A stretch of DNA of 64,000 bases from NCBI RefSeq assembly GCF_018350175.1, contig NC_058368.1:144586001-144650000 (forward strand), given 5' to 3'. The notes beneath the pieces are model-generated. The model saw nothing but the letters and a program-made list of their open reading frames with translations, did no database searches and was not told the origin of the DNA. This DNA is from Felis catus (taxonomy: Eukaryota). How positions within the stretch are numbered: the stretch's first letter is position 1; the number at the start of each line of letters is the position of its first letter. Shown here in pieces: positions 1 to 11,793 of the stretch. The translations under genes were made by a program, and so were the position numbers.

Positions 1-904
1 TTCTGATCAATCATGGGTTACCCTGGCATTTGAGTGGTTCTGGTAAATGAAGGTGGCAAGCAAGACTTCCCTGGTCTACTATGGAGTTAGCCAAATCTCT
101 TTACTACTCTTAGAGCTTTGGTCAGTCCAGGCCTTGGCAACTTTGTTGCTACATGGGACAGACCCCCTTTTGAGTTCATGGTAACCTGGAAGAGTTTGGG
201 GTCAAAGCCCATGGAAGCAAAATTCTACCAAGGCAAGAGATAAATGCTCTTCACCTGGTCACTATTATCAGGGCTCTATTTTGTAGTCCCTTTTTATATA
301 TTTATTTTTGTATATAAGGTTTTGTAATTTATATCAGCAGTATTTGTAAATCCTATCTTGAATTAAACTGTCTTTTCTTTCTTCTCTGATATGACTAAAT
401 TTCACAGACATAAGACCATAGGAAGGAAGCTGAAATCTGTGATAAAATAGAAGATCCAAATAGGGACAGTATCACACATTTTCTTAGTGTGTAGCTGAAA
501 TTTTGCCTGTTCATCTGTCCTCTTGCCACCTTACTCTACAAATATTTAAAGTCTACTGCTAAAGGAGTGGGTAGAGCTGTTCTTTCTCCTTGGCTGTATT
601 AAGCAGCTCTTTTCTTCTCTTATTTATTTATTTTAAGCATGGGTACATCACTTTAGGGACAAACTAATAAAAACCCTTCAAGTCAGAATCACAGGGAACT
701 ATTTTCACTAAAAGCCTGAATGAGGAAGAACAGTGAAGTTGGCATGAGCATTATCAGATCCTGTGTGTAAAATATCTAAGGAGGGAAGGGACTGCAAACA
801 GGTGCTCAGAGCATCCTTTGATTTTAGAATTCATCCTAACTTTACAGGTGTTTTGAGAAGAAAACTCTATTGGTAATATGATGTACGACATTTTTAAAAA
901 ATAT

Positions 905-1447
905 TTTTATATTGAGCTATAATTCACATACCACAAAGTTCACCCTTTTAAAGTATACAGTAAAGTGGTTTTTATTTATCCACAATATGGGGGTGGCCAT
1001 CACCACTGTCTCACTCCAGAGCATTTGTATCACCCCAAAAAGAAACCCTGTACCCATTAGCAGTCTCTCCCCACTCCCATCTCCCCTTAGCCTCTGGCAA
1101 CCACTAATCTACTTTCTGTCTCTATGGATTTACCTATTCCAAACATTTCATATGGATAGAATCATAGAAGACATGACTTTTTGTGATTGACTTCTTTCAC
1201 TTAGCGTAATGTTTTCATGGACCATTCATGTTGTAATATGCATCAGAACTTCATTCCTTTTTGTAGCCCGGTAATATTCCCTTGTATTGATATAGCACAT
1301 TTGGTTTATCCATTTGATGGTTGATGGACATTTGGGTATTTGTACTTTTGGGCTATTAAGAATAATGCTGCTGGGGATATTCATGTATAAGTTTTTGTTT
1401 GGATATGTTTTCACTTCTCTTGGGTATATACCTAGAGTGGAATTACC
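905..1447 (-). mobile_element. Ancient L1 (L1MB-like) 3' end
   Basis: tttattgagctataattcacatacca...caccccaaaaagaaaccctgtacccattagcag...gggtatatacctagagtggaatt. The minus ORF 1226-1504 resembles the ORF2p C-terminus (LGIYPRE..KCPST..WIN). Confidence 0.85.
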
Positions 1448-1594
1448 GATGTAAAATCTTGTTATTTTCCTATTAACAAGGACAGTACAGAGCATTTGGC
1501 CCAAGGTTTCATCCAGGAATGAAAATGAGAATTTTTATTATCGAATATGATCTATCTGCCTCACCATGCCATTTCCATTCTTTTAAATAACCAG

Positions 1595-1684
1595 GACAGA
1601 CGGCTGACAACTCTCACTGCTCGGTTTCGCCTGCTTCTGCTTTTGCAATTGCCACAGCGGCTGCAGGACACGGGAGTCCACCAG
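1595..1684 (+). CDS. RASGRF2: RASGRF2 internal coding exon (90 nt, phase 1-1)
   Basis: Pyrimidine tract and CAG acceptor at 1592-1594; donor CAG|GTGAGT at 1684/1685. Translates (G)[29 protein letters not shown](G), which I recognise as RASGRF2 (the paralogue RASGRF1 has [16 protein letters not shown]). Joins in frame to 53346. Confidence 0.95.
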
Positions 1685-1859
1685 GTGAGTAGGGGCGAGC
1701 AGCCAGGTACACACTTACAGCAATGTATATTATTAAATCACTGGTCTTTGGCTGCCAGTGTGTTGGTGATACACTGGGCAGCTCATCGAGAATGCAGATT
1801 CCCAGCTCCCATTCTCAGTGCATCAGACTGTCTTTTATGTATTTATTATTTGTTTATTT

Positions 1860-2070
1860 ACTTATTTTTAACTTTCTTGTTTGTAGTTGACACACAATGT
1901 TATAGTAGTTTCAGGTGGACAACCTAGCGATTCAACATCTATATGTTATGCTGTGCTCACCATAAGTGTAGCTACCATATTATTGACTGTATTCCCTATG
2001 CTATGCCTTTTATTCTCATGACTTACTCATTTCATAGCCGAAGCTTCAATCTCCCTTTCCCCTTCGCCCA
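1860..2070 (-). mobile_element. L1 3' UTR fragment (L1MA9/L1_Carn-like)
   Basis: gtagttgacacacaatgttatagtagtttcaggtggacaacctagcgattcaac...attgactgtattccctatgct. Confidence 0.7.
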
Positions 2071-2097
2071 CAGAGTATCTTGTAAATAAGCACCGTC

Positions 2098-2325
2098 GGG
2101 GCGCCTGGGTGGCTCAGTCGGTTGGGCGTCTGACTTCAGCTCAGGTCATGATCTCATGGTCCGTGGTTCAAGCCCCGCATCGGGCTCTGTGCTGACAGCT
2201 CAGAGCCTGGAGCCTGCTTCGGATTCTGTGTCTCCCTCTCTCTCTGCTCCTCCCCTGTTCACAGTCTGTCTCTCTCTGTCTCAAAAATAAATAAACGTTA
2301 AAAAAAATTTTTTTAAATAAATAAA
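2098..2325 (+). mobile_element. CanSINE (SINEC_Fc-type)
   Basis: ggggcgcctgggtggctcagtcggtt head, CT region and A-rich tail. Perfect 15-bp TSD taaataagcaccgtc at 2083-2097 and 2326-2340. Confidence 0.97.
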
Positions 2326-2981
2326 TAAATAAGCACCGTCAGGTGAGTCTCACACAGGTGGTGTGGGGGGATACTATAAAGAACTTCTGTATCACAGAAG
2401 GATGTGTTATTTCTCCCATGTTGTTTTCTGGAGTTCTCTAACCTTTTTAGCCAAATTACCAGGCACAAGTGTTTCCTTTTTAATTGAGTACAAGGCTAAA
2501 AGCATATGCAAGGTGGGAGGGAAGGCTTGTGGAGGGAAGGAAGATGGAGGGGCTATTGCTTTAGCTGACTCATAATTCACTTCCAGTAGCTTTACGATGC
2601 TTTCTGAACTCTCTTGGTTAATTTTCCAGGTAATGAAGTAGTACTTAAAATGAAGGCACAGTATTTTAATAGATGAAAATTATAATTCATTATCTCTGTC
2701 TTCTCTCATGTGCAAGAAGGACATTACGTTAAAACAAATCTTTATGTGGTTTCAACAGCCTTGTTGCTGTGAGTATCTTCATCTAAACTAACCCCATGAG
2801 TTCTAATCATCATGCTTTGTAGAACCATGAGTGAGGGTATATTTTGTTAATTAGCCATTGTTCACCTACCCCAAAAGAGTCCATTTCTAAAGCCTATGAA
2901 CCTGTATTCAACAATAGTAACTAGTAGGTACTATCTGTGTGACTTCTTTCTAAATTGAAAAACAGAGAGAGATGTTCTATA

Positions 2982-2992
2982 ATGAACATGAA

Positions 2993-3040
<48 letters not shown>

Positions 3041-3242
3041 TACATTATATATATAATACATTATATATATAATACATTATATAATACATTATATATAATA
3101 CATTATATATATAATACATTACATATATAATACATTATATATATATAATACATTATATGAATATATATGAACATGAAGTATATATATATATAATATAATA
3201 CATTGTATACATTGTATAATATAATACATTATATATATATAA
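2982..3242. repeat. (TA)n plus AATACATTATATAT(AT) minisatellite
   Basis: (TA)n at 2994-3030, then tandem aatacatt(at)n units. The block atgaacatgaagtatatata occurs at 2982 and 3167. Confidence 0.9.
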
Positions 3243-5297
3243 TGGAAATCTTTGCAGATTAACCACATTCTGCCTCCAATATTTTGCCACACATGCTGCA
3301 TTTGATGTGGTATGGAAAATTAGGGTGTTTTTTTTGCTCTGTTCTCAAAACTTTCTCCCAAAAGTCCCACCAACATAACACGAGACAGCCTGTAATGGTA
3401 ATAGCACTGATGTCTTGTCAATCCAGTTGACTTCTGTTGTTGACTCCATTCTGTAATAATGAACATTTTTTGGTGAAGTTATAAAGGAATCTTCATTATG
3501 CTCTCAGCAGAATTGCTTATCAACTGTGATTCGTTGAGACTTTCTCTTCTGTCTTTCATTATCACAAGCTAGTCTGTCTTTGGAAAGAGCCTTCTCATAG
3601 GTTTCATAATTTAAATATGGTTCATGAAGGAAAGTAGTTTTTATGTTAATTTACAATGACCCTATTTCCGCATTTGCTGGAGGCTGGGTAGGGGAAGGTT
3701 TTTCTTTTTCACCTGGGATTGCAGCAAAAGTTCTAATGAGCTTTCAAGAATGGCTTTCTGACTTTGACTTGTCTGTGCATAATGGGCCAGAGTGTAAAGT
3801 AACCAAAACAACAAAGTCTTTCTCACCATTTGAACACTGCTGTTTCTGCTGCCCTTCTTCTTACTTCTCCCCTGGAACTGAAATAGCTTTAGGAAGAAAA
3901 CTCTCTTCAGTGAGCCAGCTGAGGAGGGATGGATGGTGACTGACCACAGCCAGTGTGGCTAAGGGCAGGGTAGCCTGACCCTGAGTGAGCAAACTGCTTT
4001 TTTTATTATGGTGCTGCTGATGTTGCCTGTAATGTGATGGTGCCCCATAATTCAATTTTAGAAGTAAAGGAATTAAAGATTGGATTTGGCACTGTCTGTG
4101 GCCCTACTGTAAGGGTAGCATGTTGCACATGGGTCAGTTGCAATGGCTAATGGTGGTAAGAAAGGGGGTTTCTTCTGGAATGGAGGCCAGTATATTCCTG
4201 GGGCTCAGCCATTCCCTGGATCCCCGTAGGGGATTCCTGGAGAACTCTACAGAAGGGCTGGTTGCACAGGTGGCTGGGGAAGGTGGACTGGGAGCAGAAA
4301 CAGGGAGGTGTGAAGGCAAAGATCTAGACTTACTGACAAGCCAGGGAGAGTATTAACTGCCCTGTGAAGGGCTAGACCCAGATGTTCAGGTGTTCACGGG
4401 AAGGGAGTGCTAGATAGTGGTTAACTCCCAAACCAGACTTTGTGCCCACCCTCTGATTCAGGAATCACCATCCCAGATTCACTCTAGAACCTAAGGAGTC
4501 ACCAAGGCAAGCAGAAGGAGAGATTGTGTAAGTGAACACTGTGCTTGCATCAGCCTTTACAGGCTCCTGTCTGCTTGTATACTATAATGTGGGCCCACCT
4601 GATGGTGCAGGTCTGCTGTGTCCCAGCCCATGGTAGGAAACAAGGTTCCGCCCAGTTAGGTCATGTGGTCTGCAGATTGGGCTTCCATGTTTCAGGCTGT
4701 CTTCAGGCTCCCTCCTTCTTTAATCCTCTCCCACGTTCACACCCCCATCCCTACCCCCAACTCTGGGTTAGACCTGCCAATTAATGATTATGTTTTCAAA
4801 TATTCACTCCAGGCATTTGCAGATTAAGCTGTTTCTCTTTAATTATTGCTTGGAAGGTTTTGCTACTTCATTAAAAGAAATTTCAAATTTAGCAAGAAAG
4901 CGGACAGAAATTTTTCTTTGTAAGGACACCAGACAAGCTGCACATGCTTGGCCTTAAAGGCAGAGAAATATAATTTTATTTGTGGAAGATGGTCTGGGAT
5001 CCACTCCCTGGGGTCTGAGCCTACCTAATTTCCACATACAATGGGAAAAACATGGATTTTACCCACTGCTTTATTTTAGTACCTAGAGCCCTACCCTCTC
5101 CAAAGATAGATAAGTCTCTCCTTCCGTGTCATACCCTCTTTGCTTCTATTGGAGGTTCCTCATTGGAGATGAATGGCCCATTCTGTGGGCGTGATTGCAA
5201 CCCTAAATCAATCCTTGTTAACTTCATATTATGAAGACTTAACAGCTTATTTAGCGCTTGCCTTCTGATTGGCAGCCAAGTTACATTGGGCCCACTT

Positions 5298-5452
5298 ATG
5301 GCAGGATCTAGAATTTGGGGGCCTAACACTTATACAATTTATCTCAAGGAAAAGAATATAAAATCACAAGTACCAACCTTTAGGGCACCTCCCAGGGCTT
5401 TGGAAGAAAGCTCAGAAGCTTAAGCGTCATCGGCTTCCTGGTAAATCTGCTT
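5298..5452 (+). mobile_element. MER91A-like hAT-Tip100 DNA transposon
   Basis: ggatctagaatttgggggcctaacacttatacaattt...gaagcttaagcgtcatcggcttcctggtaaatctgc resembles the recalled MER91A consensus. Confidence 0.65.
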
Positions 5453-6149
5453 ATGAGTCCGCTCCAGGTCATTCTTGGAATTACAGCAGCTATAGGAAAT
5501 TTTGCTCATTGGGGAGAGGGAATTGGGGGTAGGGGACCAGTCATCCTCAGTCAGTCAAATAAGTGCCCTGTCCTGGAGTGGAGCTTTAACTTTGTACAAG
5601 ATCAAGACGAAGGGCAATTGACAAGGTCTTGTGTGCCACTACACTGGTTGCAATATGTATTTTAAGCATCTGCTCAAATTTAGAAGCTCTGCATTAAAGT
5701 AGAAACTAAACTGTGTGCATTTCAGACGGATGCTGATACAGGGAATCTGCAGGTGCAGTTTGGATATAGTGAAGATATGAATAGAAATGCAAATCCAATG
5801 AATAGACATATCAAGGCACGTCACTGTACTTACTACACACCTGAAGCTCTAGGGTTAATTATAGAGTTTATGAAATGATCTCAAATAACATATGGAAGTG
5901 TGAGGTGGGTTCTTTTTATGAGACTAGAAGTAATGGCAGTGGAGTTACCACAAGCAACTCTTGATTATCCATGAGCAGATTGTATGTTTTACCATTCTAT
6001 GCAAGTCAAGGTAAATTAACAAAATAGAGGAATGGTTGAATGTACTTAGAGAAAAATTAATGGCACAGTTACAATTGCTTAGGGAAATAGTGAGTTCTTT
6101 ACTGGTGATTACTTGGTGCTTGTAAAGTAGATTATTCATAATCTGTTTT

Positions 6150-7008
6150 CTCTTCTGTCAGACCACTCAAGTCAGTGTAGTCAATAGTAGATAGTGGCAG
6201 GGAACTGCTGGAGTGTAGGCGGTGTGTTTGTTCCTTCTCTGGTTACAGCATTCCCAATTTATTTCACCGAAGCTCTGACCCCTCTAGACTATGTTATTTT
6301 CTCCTTATTTTTTAAATGTTTATTTATTTGTTTTTGAGAGAGAGCACGAGCAAGGGAGAGGCAGAGAGAGAGGGGGAGAGGGGATCCGAAGCGGGCCTTG
6401 TGCTGATAGCAGAGAGCCCCCACATGGGGCTCGAACTCACAAATTGGGAGATCATGACCTTAGCTGAGATCAAGAGTTAGACGCTTAACCTACTGAGCCA
6501 CTCAGGTGCCCCCGTTATTTTCTCCTTAGATAAGACAGGAAGTGGGAGGGATACTCTTCCCCAAGCTGGGTAAGGCTTAGACAGTCTTTTTCCCTGGAGA
6601 GTAGATCTTTGTTACAGAGAAGGCTCTGGGCATATTTCACAACGGTGCTCTTCTCTCTTACCTGCAAGAGCCAGAAGTAGTATGCGGGCCCCTCAGAATG
6701 TAGTCCCCAGCAGTTCTACTCTTAGGCTGGTCCACATTCAGCCTCTAGCCGTTGAGCAAAATGACCATTTGCTGTTGCTGCCAGTTCATGGCTTTAGCGA
6801 CTTCTACACCAGATAAGCAGATATCAGCGATATCTCTCGGGATGTACCTGTCCCTCCAGATTTGAGAGTGGTCATTTGTCCTACAGCCTCAATTTTCTGA
6901 TGTGGCCAAGAAAAGTCATTGATTTTCAGTTTTTCCAGCTTTTCTTCTTGTAAGGGCAGGTGTGTTAGCTTCTAAGTTCTTTACATGTCAGAGCTGAAAT
7001 TGAAAGTC
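6150..7008 (-). mobile_element. Ancient L1 5' region (L1M4-like), interrupted by a SINE
   Basis: Ends ...aagaaaagtcattgattttcagttttt...ctttacatgtcagagctgaaattgaaagtc, typical of old L1 5' ends read in reverse. Left boundary is approximate. Confidence 0.55.
6308..6513 (-). mobile_element. CanSINE
   Basis: Reverse SINE ending ...gagccactcaggtgcccc. 15-bp TSD gttattttctcctta at 6293-6307 and 6514-6528. Confidence 0.95.
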
Positions 7009-7009
7009 T

Positions 7010-7210
7010 CACTTGAAATTTTTATAGTGATTCTATTGATTCTGTAGGTCATTTTGGGGAGAATTGTCAATCTTAACAATATTTAGTCTTTTAATCTATG
7101 AATATGGAATATCTTTTTATTTATTTAGATCTGTTCTCATTTCAGCATTGTTTTTTAATTTTTCAGCATATGTCTTGCATTTGTTTTGTTGTATTTATTC
7201 CTAAATATAA
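7010..7210 (-). mobile_element. Ancient L1 ORF2 fragment
   Basis: gattctgtaggtcattttggggagaattgtcaatcttaacaatatttagtcttttaatctatgaatatgg. Confidence 0.65.
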
Positions 7211-7423
7211 ATGACTCTTTTTTTGTTTGTTAGTACCCCCCCTGCCCTGCCCCATAGGAGGTATCATAGTTTGGGACATATTTTCCATTGTTTTGTGTTT
7301 TTCCAAAATATTTAAAAAAACATTTTTTCATTATTTCACCAAAGATAGATAGCTATTTGAAGTTTAGGGGTTAGAATGTATCTAATTTATATTTTTAAGT
7401 AAAACATTATTATCACTATTATT

Positions 7424-7647
7424 TTTTTTTTTAATTTTTTTTTCCAACTTTTATTTATTTTTGGGACAGAGAGAGACAGAGCATGAACAGAGGAGGGGCA
7501 GAGAGAGAGGGAGACACAGAATCGGAAACAGGCTCCAGGCTCTGAGCCATCAGCCCAGAGCCTGACGCGGGGCTCGAACTCACGGACCACGAGATCGTGA
7601 CCTGGCTGAAGTCGGACGCTTAACCAACTGCGCCACCCAGGCGCCCC
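7424..7647 (-). mobile_element. Young SINEC_Fc
   Basis: CpG-rich and close to consensus. 16-bp TSD tattatcactattatt at 7408-7423 and 7649-7664. Confidence 0.97.
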
Positions 7648-8129
7648 ATATTATCACTATTATTAATGAAAAGTAAAGAGCTTTGGCAAACCAAATTTAA
7701 ATTAACCATGATTCCAAGTCTTATTTTTAAACACACACACTGCAATGAGAGTTTTGAAACTGTGAAGTTACATCTTTAACTGTTCCAGGCTGAAGAGCAG
7801 GTAGGAAGGCTCCTGTCAGGTGGTCACTGCATTCTTTTCCTGGAAAGATGCCCTACAATAAGCTAGGTCACATGGAACACCTCCTCTGCTCATCATATGT
7901 CTTTGATACTCTTTCAAGCAGACCCAGATTCTGATTCCAGCTGGCCTGGGCACCCTCTTTCCTGACTGTGTCGCATTGCCAAGTTCACACTCTTTGTCCT
8001 GCCCTTTCCCGGGCTCCATGCAGACCATTCTCCTCTATTACTGTCTCTCCACTGCACAAGTACAATACGGTTGATTGTGCTTGTTCTCTTCTTTAATTCA
8101 CTCACATTGCTTAATTGCCACTTGATTGC

Positions 8130-8428
8130 ATTACAGTTTCATCCATTTTAGGGCCAGGCAGGTAACGGAAGGATGGGCTGGAGAGCTGATGCCATGCGTA
8201 GGGGGGACAGCCACCGCTCAGCTCCCCCCGATTTTGCCATGAGAGTACACAGACTAGGGCTGTCATATCTGTTTTCTTTCTTAAAGAAAAGCCAGAAATC
8301 TGGATATTTATGTGAAATCTGTTTTTAAACACTAGAAGTGAATTCATACTTTAAAAATACTGTCCAGGTCAAACAAAGTACTTCTGAGGACCATATTTGG
8401 CTGTGAACCACCAGTGTGTGACCTCAGA
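8130..8428 (-). mobile_element. MER102-like hAT-Charlie element
   Basis: gaaaagccagaaatctggatatttatgtgaaatct...aaaatactgtccaggtcaaacaaag...ccaccagtgtgtgacctcag. Confidence 0.65.
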
Positions 8429-9971
8429 TTTCCTGTAATCACTTACATCTGGAGTGTAGATTGACGGAGATAAGATTTCCTGAGACATGTCTACATACTA
8501 GCAATGGATTCCTGATCTTCTTAAGGACCCTCTCCCTGACCGTTTCCTATTCCTTTGGCCCAGCTGCTCTACAGGAAGTCCATCTCTTCTCCTCCACTTG
8601 ACCACTTTGGCTTTTACTGGGTAATCTTATCTCGAAGATCTGAAGGATGCCTCATCATCACCCCCTCACCATAGAAGTAATAGCAGGTACCATTTTTCTC
8701 CATCTAGTTTTATAGATTTTAAAGTAAGTGTGAGACCCAGCGTGGTAGAGGGCTTGGCCCTCGTACTTGCACTTACTGAGAATGAGGCTCATTCAGATCT
8801 GTTCACTGTCAAGTTCCAGCTTTCCTTGTCCTTACGGTTCCCCTAGTCCCACATCACATCTCCTTCAGAAAGAACAAGATCTTGGGAAACTCGAATTAAT
8901 TAATGTTGTTACTGACTCTCCCTCCTGTCTTTGTCTGCAACACACCTGTTTCATCTTCCCACTGATAGGTGTGCTTGGCCCTCACCTGACAGGTTCAGCA
9001 GCTGGTGACTCCAGACAGATGAGCTCTGGTGACATTAGTCATCCATGGGTCAATTCTGACTTGGCCAGCCGTGGGCATTGAGGATCTGTGATTTTCTTCA
9101 CAGGACTGCAGAAGCGAGGGCCTTAGTACAGTGATAGCATCTGGTCGGGGGAAGCGTTTATCTCTGAATTGAGAAGTGGATTAAATTTTCCGGAGGATGT
9201 TGATTACCGTGAATTAAGCGAATGCCACATACATACCCTGCTATCTGTAGTCTGGTTCAGGATTTGTGAGAACACTCAGCTCTGTTTAAGTAGCTTATCT
9301 ATTTATTGAGTGATCTTATAAGAAAGGCACAGGATGTGGGCTTTTTCCAGTGTCTGTTTTACAAGCTAAAACTGTAAATGCAGGCAGAAATCACAAATTG
9401 ATTTCCTGTTTCTAACTCAGAAAGCTAATATCATGTAGATATTTCATTGCAGTGATTCTCAATGGGATGTGGGTAGGGTGGAATGAGAACAGTTAGGGAC
9501 TTCTTTAAAATACCTTTATCCCCCTGAGGATTCTGATCGGCTTCCTCCCAGAGGCAGGCACTCCAAAACAGATATTGATGGAAATGTGCTGCAATGTGAA
9601 TTGTGTGAAAACTGAAAAAAGGCTAAGAATAACTGCTCTACTATTTGCCATCCTTGGAAAGACTGTGCTCACTTTCTTGATCTGATTCTCAGTCTCCCAG
9701 TGTCCTGTGTCCTGGTAATCAGGGCATCGAAGGAAACAGGCTGTCTATCTAACCCAAGTTAGCAACGGCGTTCAGAAATCTAAGGTCAGGATGCTGGCTG
9801 CATATAGTATTTCTCATTTGGGGCTCTCCCCATCTTTTCATTTTCTGTGCAACACACCTGGTCAAAGTTCTTATTTATCTCCTCCTTTCCCTATTGTCCA
9901 ATTGTCTTTTTTCTTTGGTATGTTCTCATCTCTTGGAGTTCTGCACTATTTCAAGGAGGTATGTCCTATTG

Positions 9972-10145
9972 CCAAGGCTGGCTAAATACTTTGTAGGGGC
10001 CAGTGCAATAAGAAAGTGCTGGTCCCCTTGTTTAAAAAACTATAAAGAATTTTAAGACAGTGATAGTTAAGCATTAAACCAAGTGTGGGCCCTTCTAAGC
10101 TTAGGGCACAATGCATTCCAGGTTTCAAACCATGAAGCCAGCCAG
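9972..10145 (-). mobile_element. MER45A-like hAT-Tip100 element
   Basis: ggggccagtgcaataagaaagtgctggtccccttgtttaaaaa...gcattaaaccaagtgtgggcccttct...catgaagccagcc. Confidence 0.7.
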
Positions 10146-10703
10146 GCTTGCATCCTGTAGGCTTGTCAGGAGTCTGATAGAATCTTAATGCTCAGGATAT
10201 GCCCTTTAGTGCATTTCCAGGGTTATATTCTGGTTCTGTAGAGCTTCTCCACAGTGAAAAAGATACTAATAGTAAAGCAATCCTGTTTGTTTTGAAGGTG
10301 AAAAATCTTAGGCTGGAGGAGACTAATTAGAAAGAGAAAAAAAAAAAAAATCTAAACCCAGGACTCCTGAATCTTTGAAGATTACAGATTAAAAAAAATT
10401 AACATACACTACAGTACTTTTAATAATGAGAGAATGTAATCTCTGATGAGTCAGAAATAATTTCACTAGTGATGACTCAGTGGTCATAAAACAAAAATAA
10501 TCCTCATATAAAACTAAAACATTTCCTGGCTTCCTGGACTTTTTGTTTTTTTTTTTTTAACTTTTGTAATAAATGCAAGAAGGCAAATAATCAGTAATAG
10601 GCATGTCAACACTACAAAAAATTGGAAATCATGACTCTGTAAAGTTAAGAGTAGTAGTCCCAACAATATGTAATGAAAAGTGAAAATTTTCAGTGAACTT
10701 TCC

Positions 10704-10889
10704 TTTTTTTAATGTTTATTTATATTTTTTGAGAGAGAGAGAGAAAGAGTGTGAGTGAGGGGTGAAGAGAGAGGGAGACACAGAATCTGAAGCAGCCTCC
10801 AACTCATGCAGGGCTTGAACTCCCAGACTTCAGGATCATGATCTGAGCCAAAGTCAGATGCTTAACCGAACAAGCCACCCAGGTGCCCC
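10704..10889 (-). mobile_element. CanSINE (diverged, internally deleted)
   Basis: Reverse SINE with degenerate TSD agtgaa(c/t)tttc. Confidence 0.9.
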
Positions 10890-11449
10890 AGTGAATTTTC
10901 TACTGGGAGAAATAAGCAGTGATACTACTGTGGTTATGTAATATTGCATCAGCTCCATACATTAAGAAGGATGAGATAAGCTTTTAGTTACAACCTTTTT
11001 CAAAGTAGTATATCAGAGATTAATTGTGGCAGTAGAAGTAACATATAGAAATGTCTGCTTGTGCACAGTTAATGGTGCAAGTCAGCACAGGTGAACCGAA
11101 TCTTAAAGCTTCTAAAGTCTGTGGTAAGAGAGGAATGGGCTTTTCATCTACCAGGAATATCCCCTGAGAGCACAGGTCCTGCACGTGTCCTAACCTTATG
11201 CAACCCAAAGTGTCTGGTTCAGGTTGTTTCTCTTACCAGCATTTGTGGCCTCGAGCCTTACAATTGGTGGGAAGACCTGAAGAAGCAACTTGTTAGCATG
11301 TAATTAGTCTGTTTTATTGATTGTGAATCATTGTAATTGTGGATGGCTTTTACAGAGCGTCTCCCAAAGTCATACCCACATCTTGTAAACCCCTGTCTTA
11401 TGCTGCCCTCTTGGGCATTTCTATATACAAATTGAGTCAACATGACAGT

Positions 11450-11645
11450 AACAGCAACAATAAGGTTACATCATTCTATAGGGTATATATACGAAGCACT
11501 ATTTTAAGCTTTACGGATATTAACTATATGTGAAATAGTTACTGGCATTATATTTTCTTGTCAATGGAGGAAATTAAGATACAGAGAGTTAAGCAAATTA
11601 TCTAAGGTCACGTAGGTATTAAGTGACTGTTTTGAATCCTGTCAT
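11450..11645 (-). mobile_element. MIR
   Basis: gaggaaattaagatacagagagttaagcaaattatctaaggtcac core. Confidence 0.7.
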
Positions 11646-11793
11646 CCAGGAATGAACAGAGGATGTACAGCACCAATTATCAATCCCAACCTCTGCCTTG
11701 AGTATATAGAGCAGGGCTGGAACTTCATTCTTTGGGTTTCTCCAGTGCCACCATTTTGTTCGGAGAAGGACATGAACATTTCTGTTGAGTGGT

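Noticed and set aside
1547..1927. 126-aa ORF overlapping the first exon
   Set aside because: It is in a different frame from the RASGRF2 peptide and runs through both splice sites into an L1 fragment.
2098..2180. tRNA-like A/B boxes here and in other copies
   Set aside because: These are SINE heads, not tRNA genes.
2564..2573. Isolated AP-1/ARE-like motif gcTGACTCAt
   Set aside because: Several such 7-mers are expected by chance in 64 kb, and there is no supporting context.
3038..3240. Regularly spaced repeats as a CRISPR-like array
   Set aside because: This is mammalian DNA, the units are low-complexity and there are no unique spacers.
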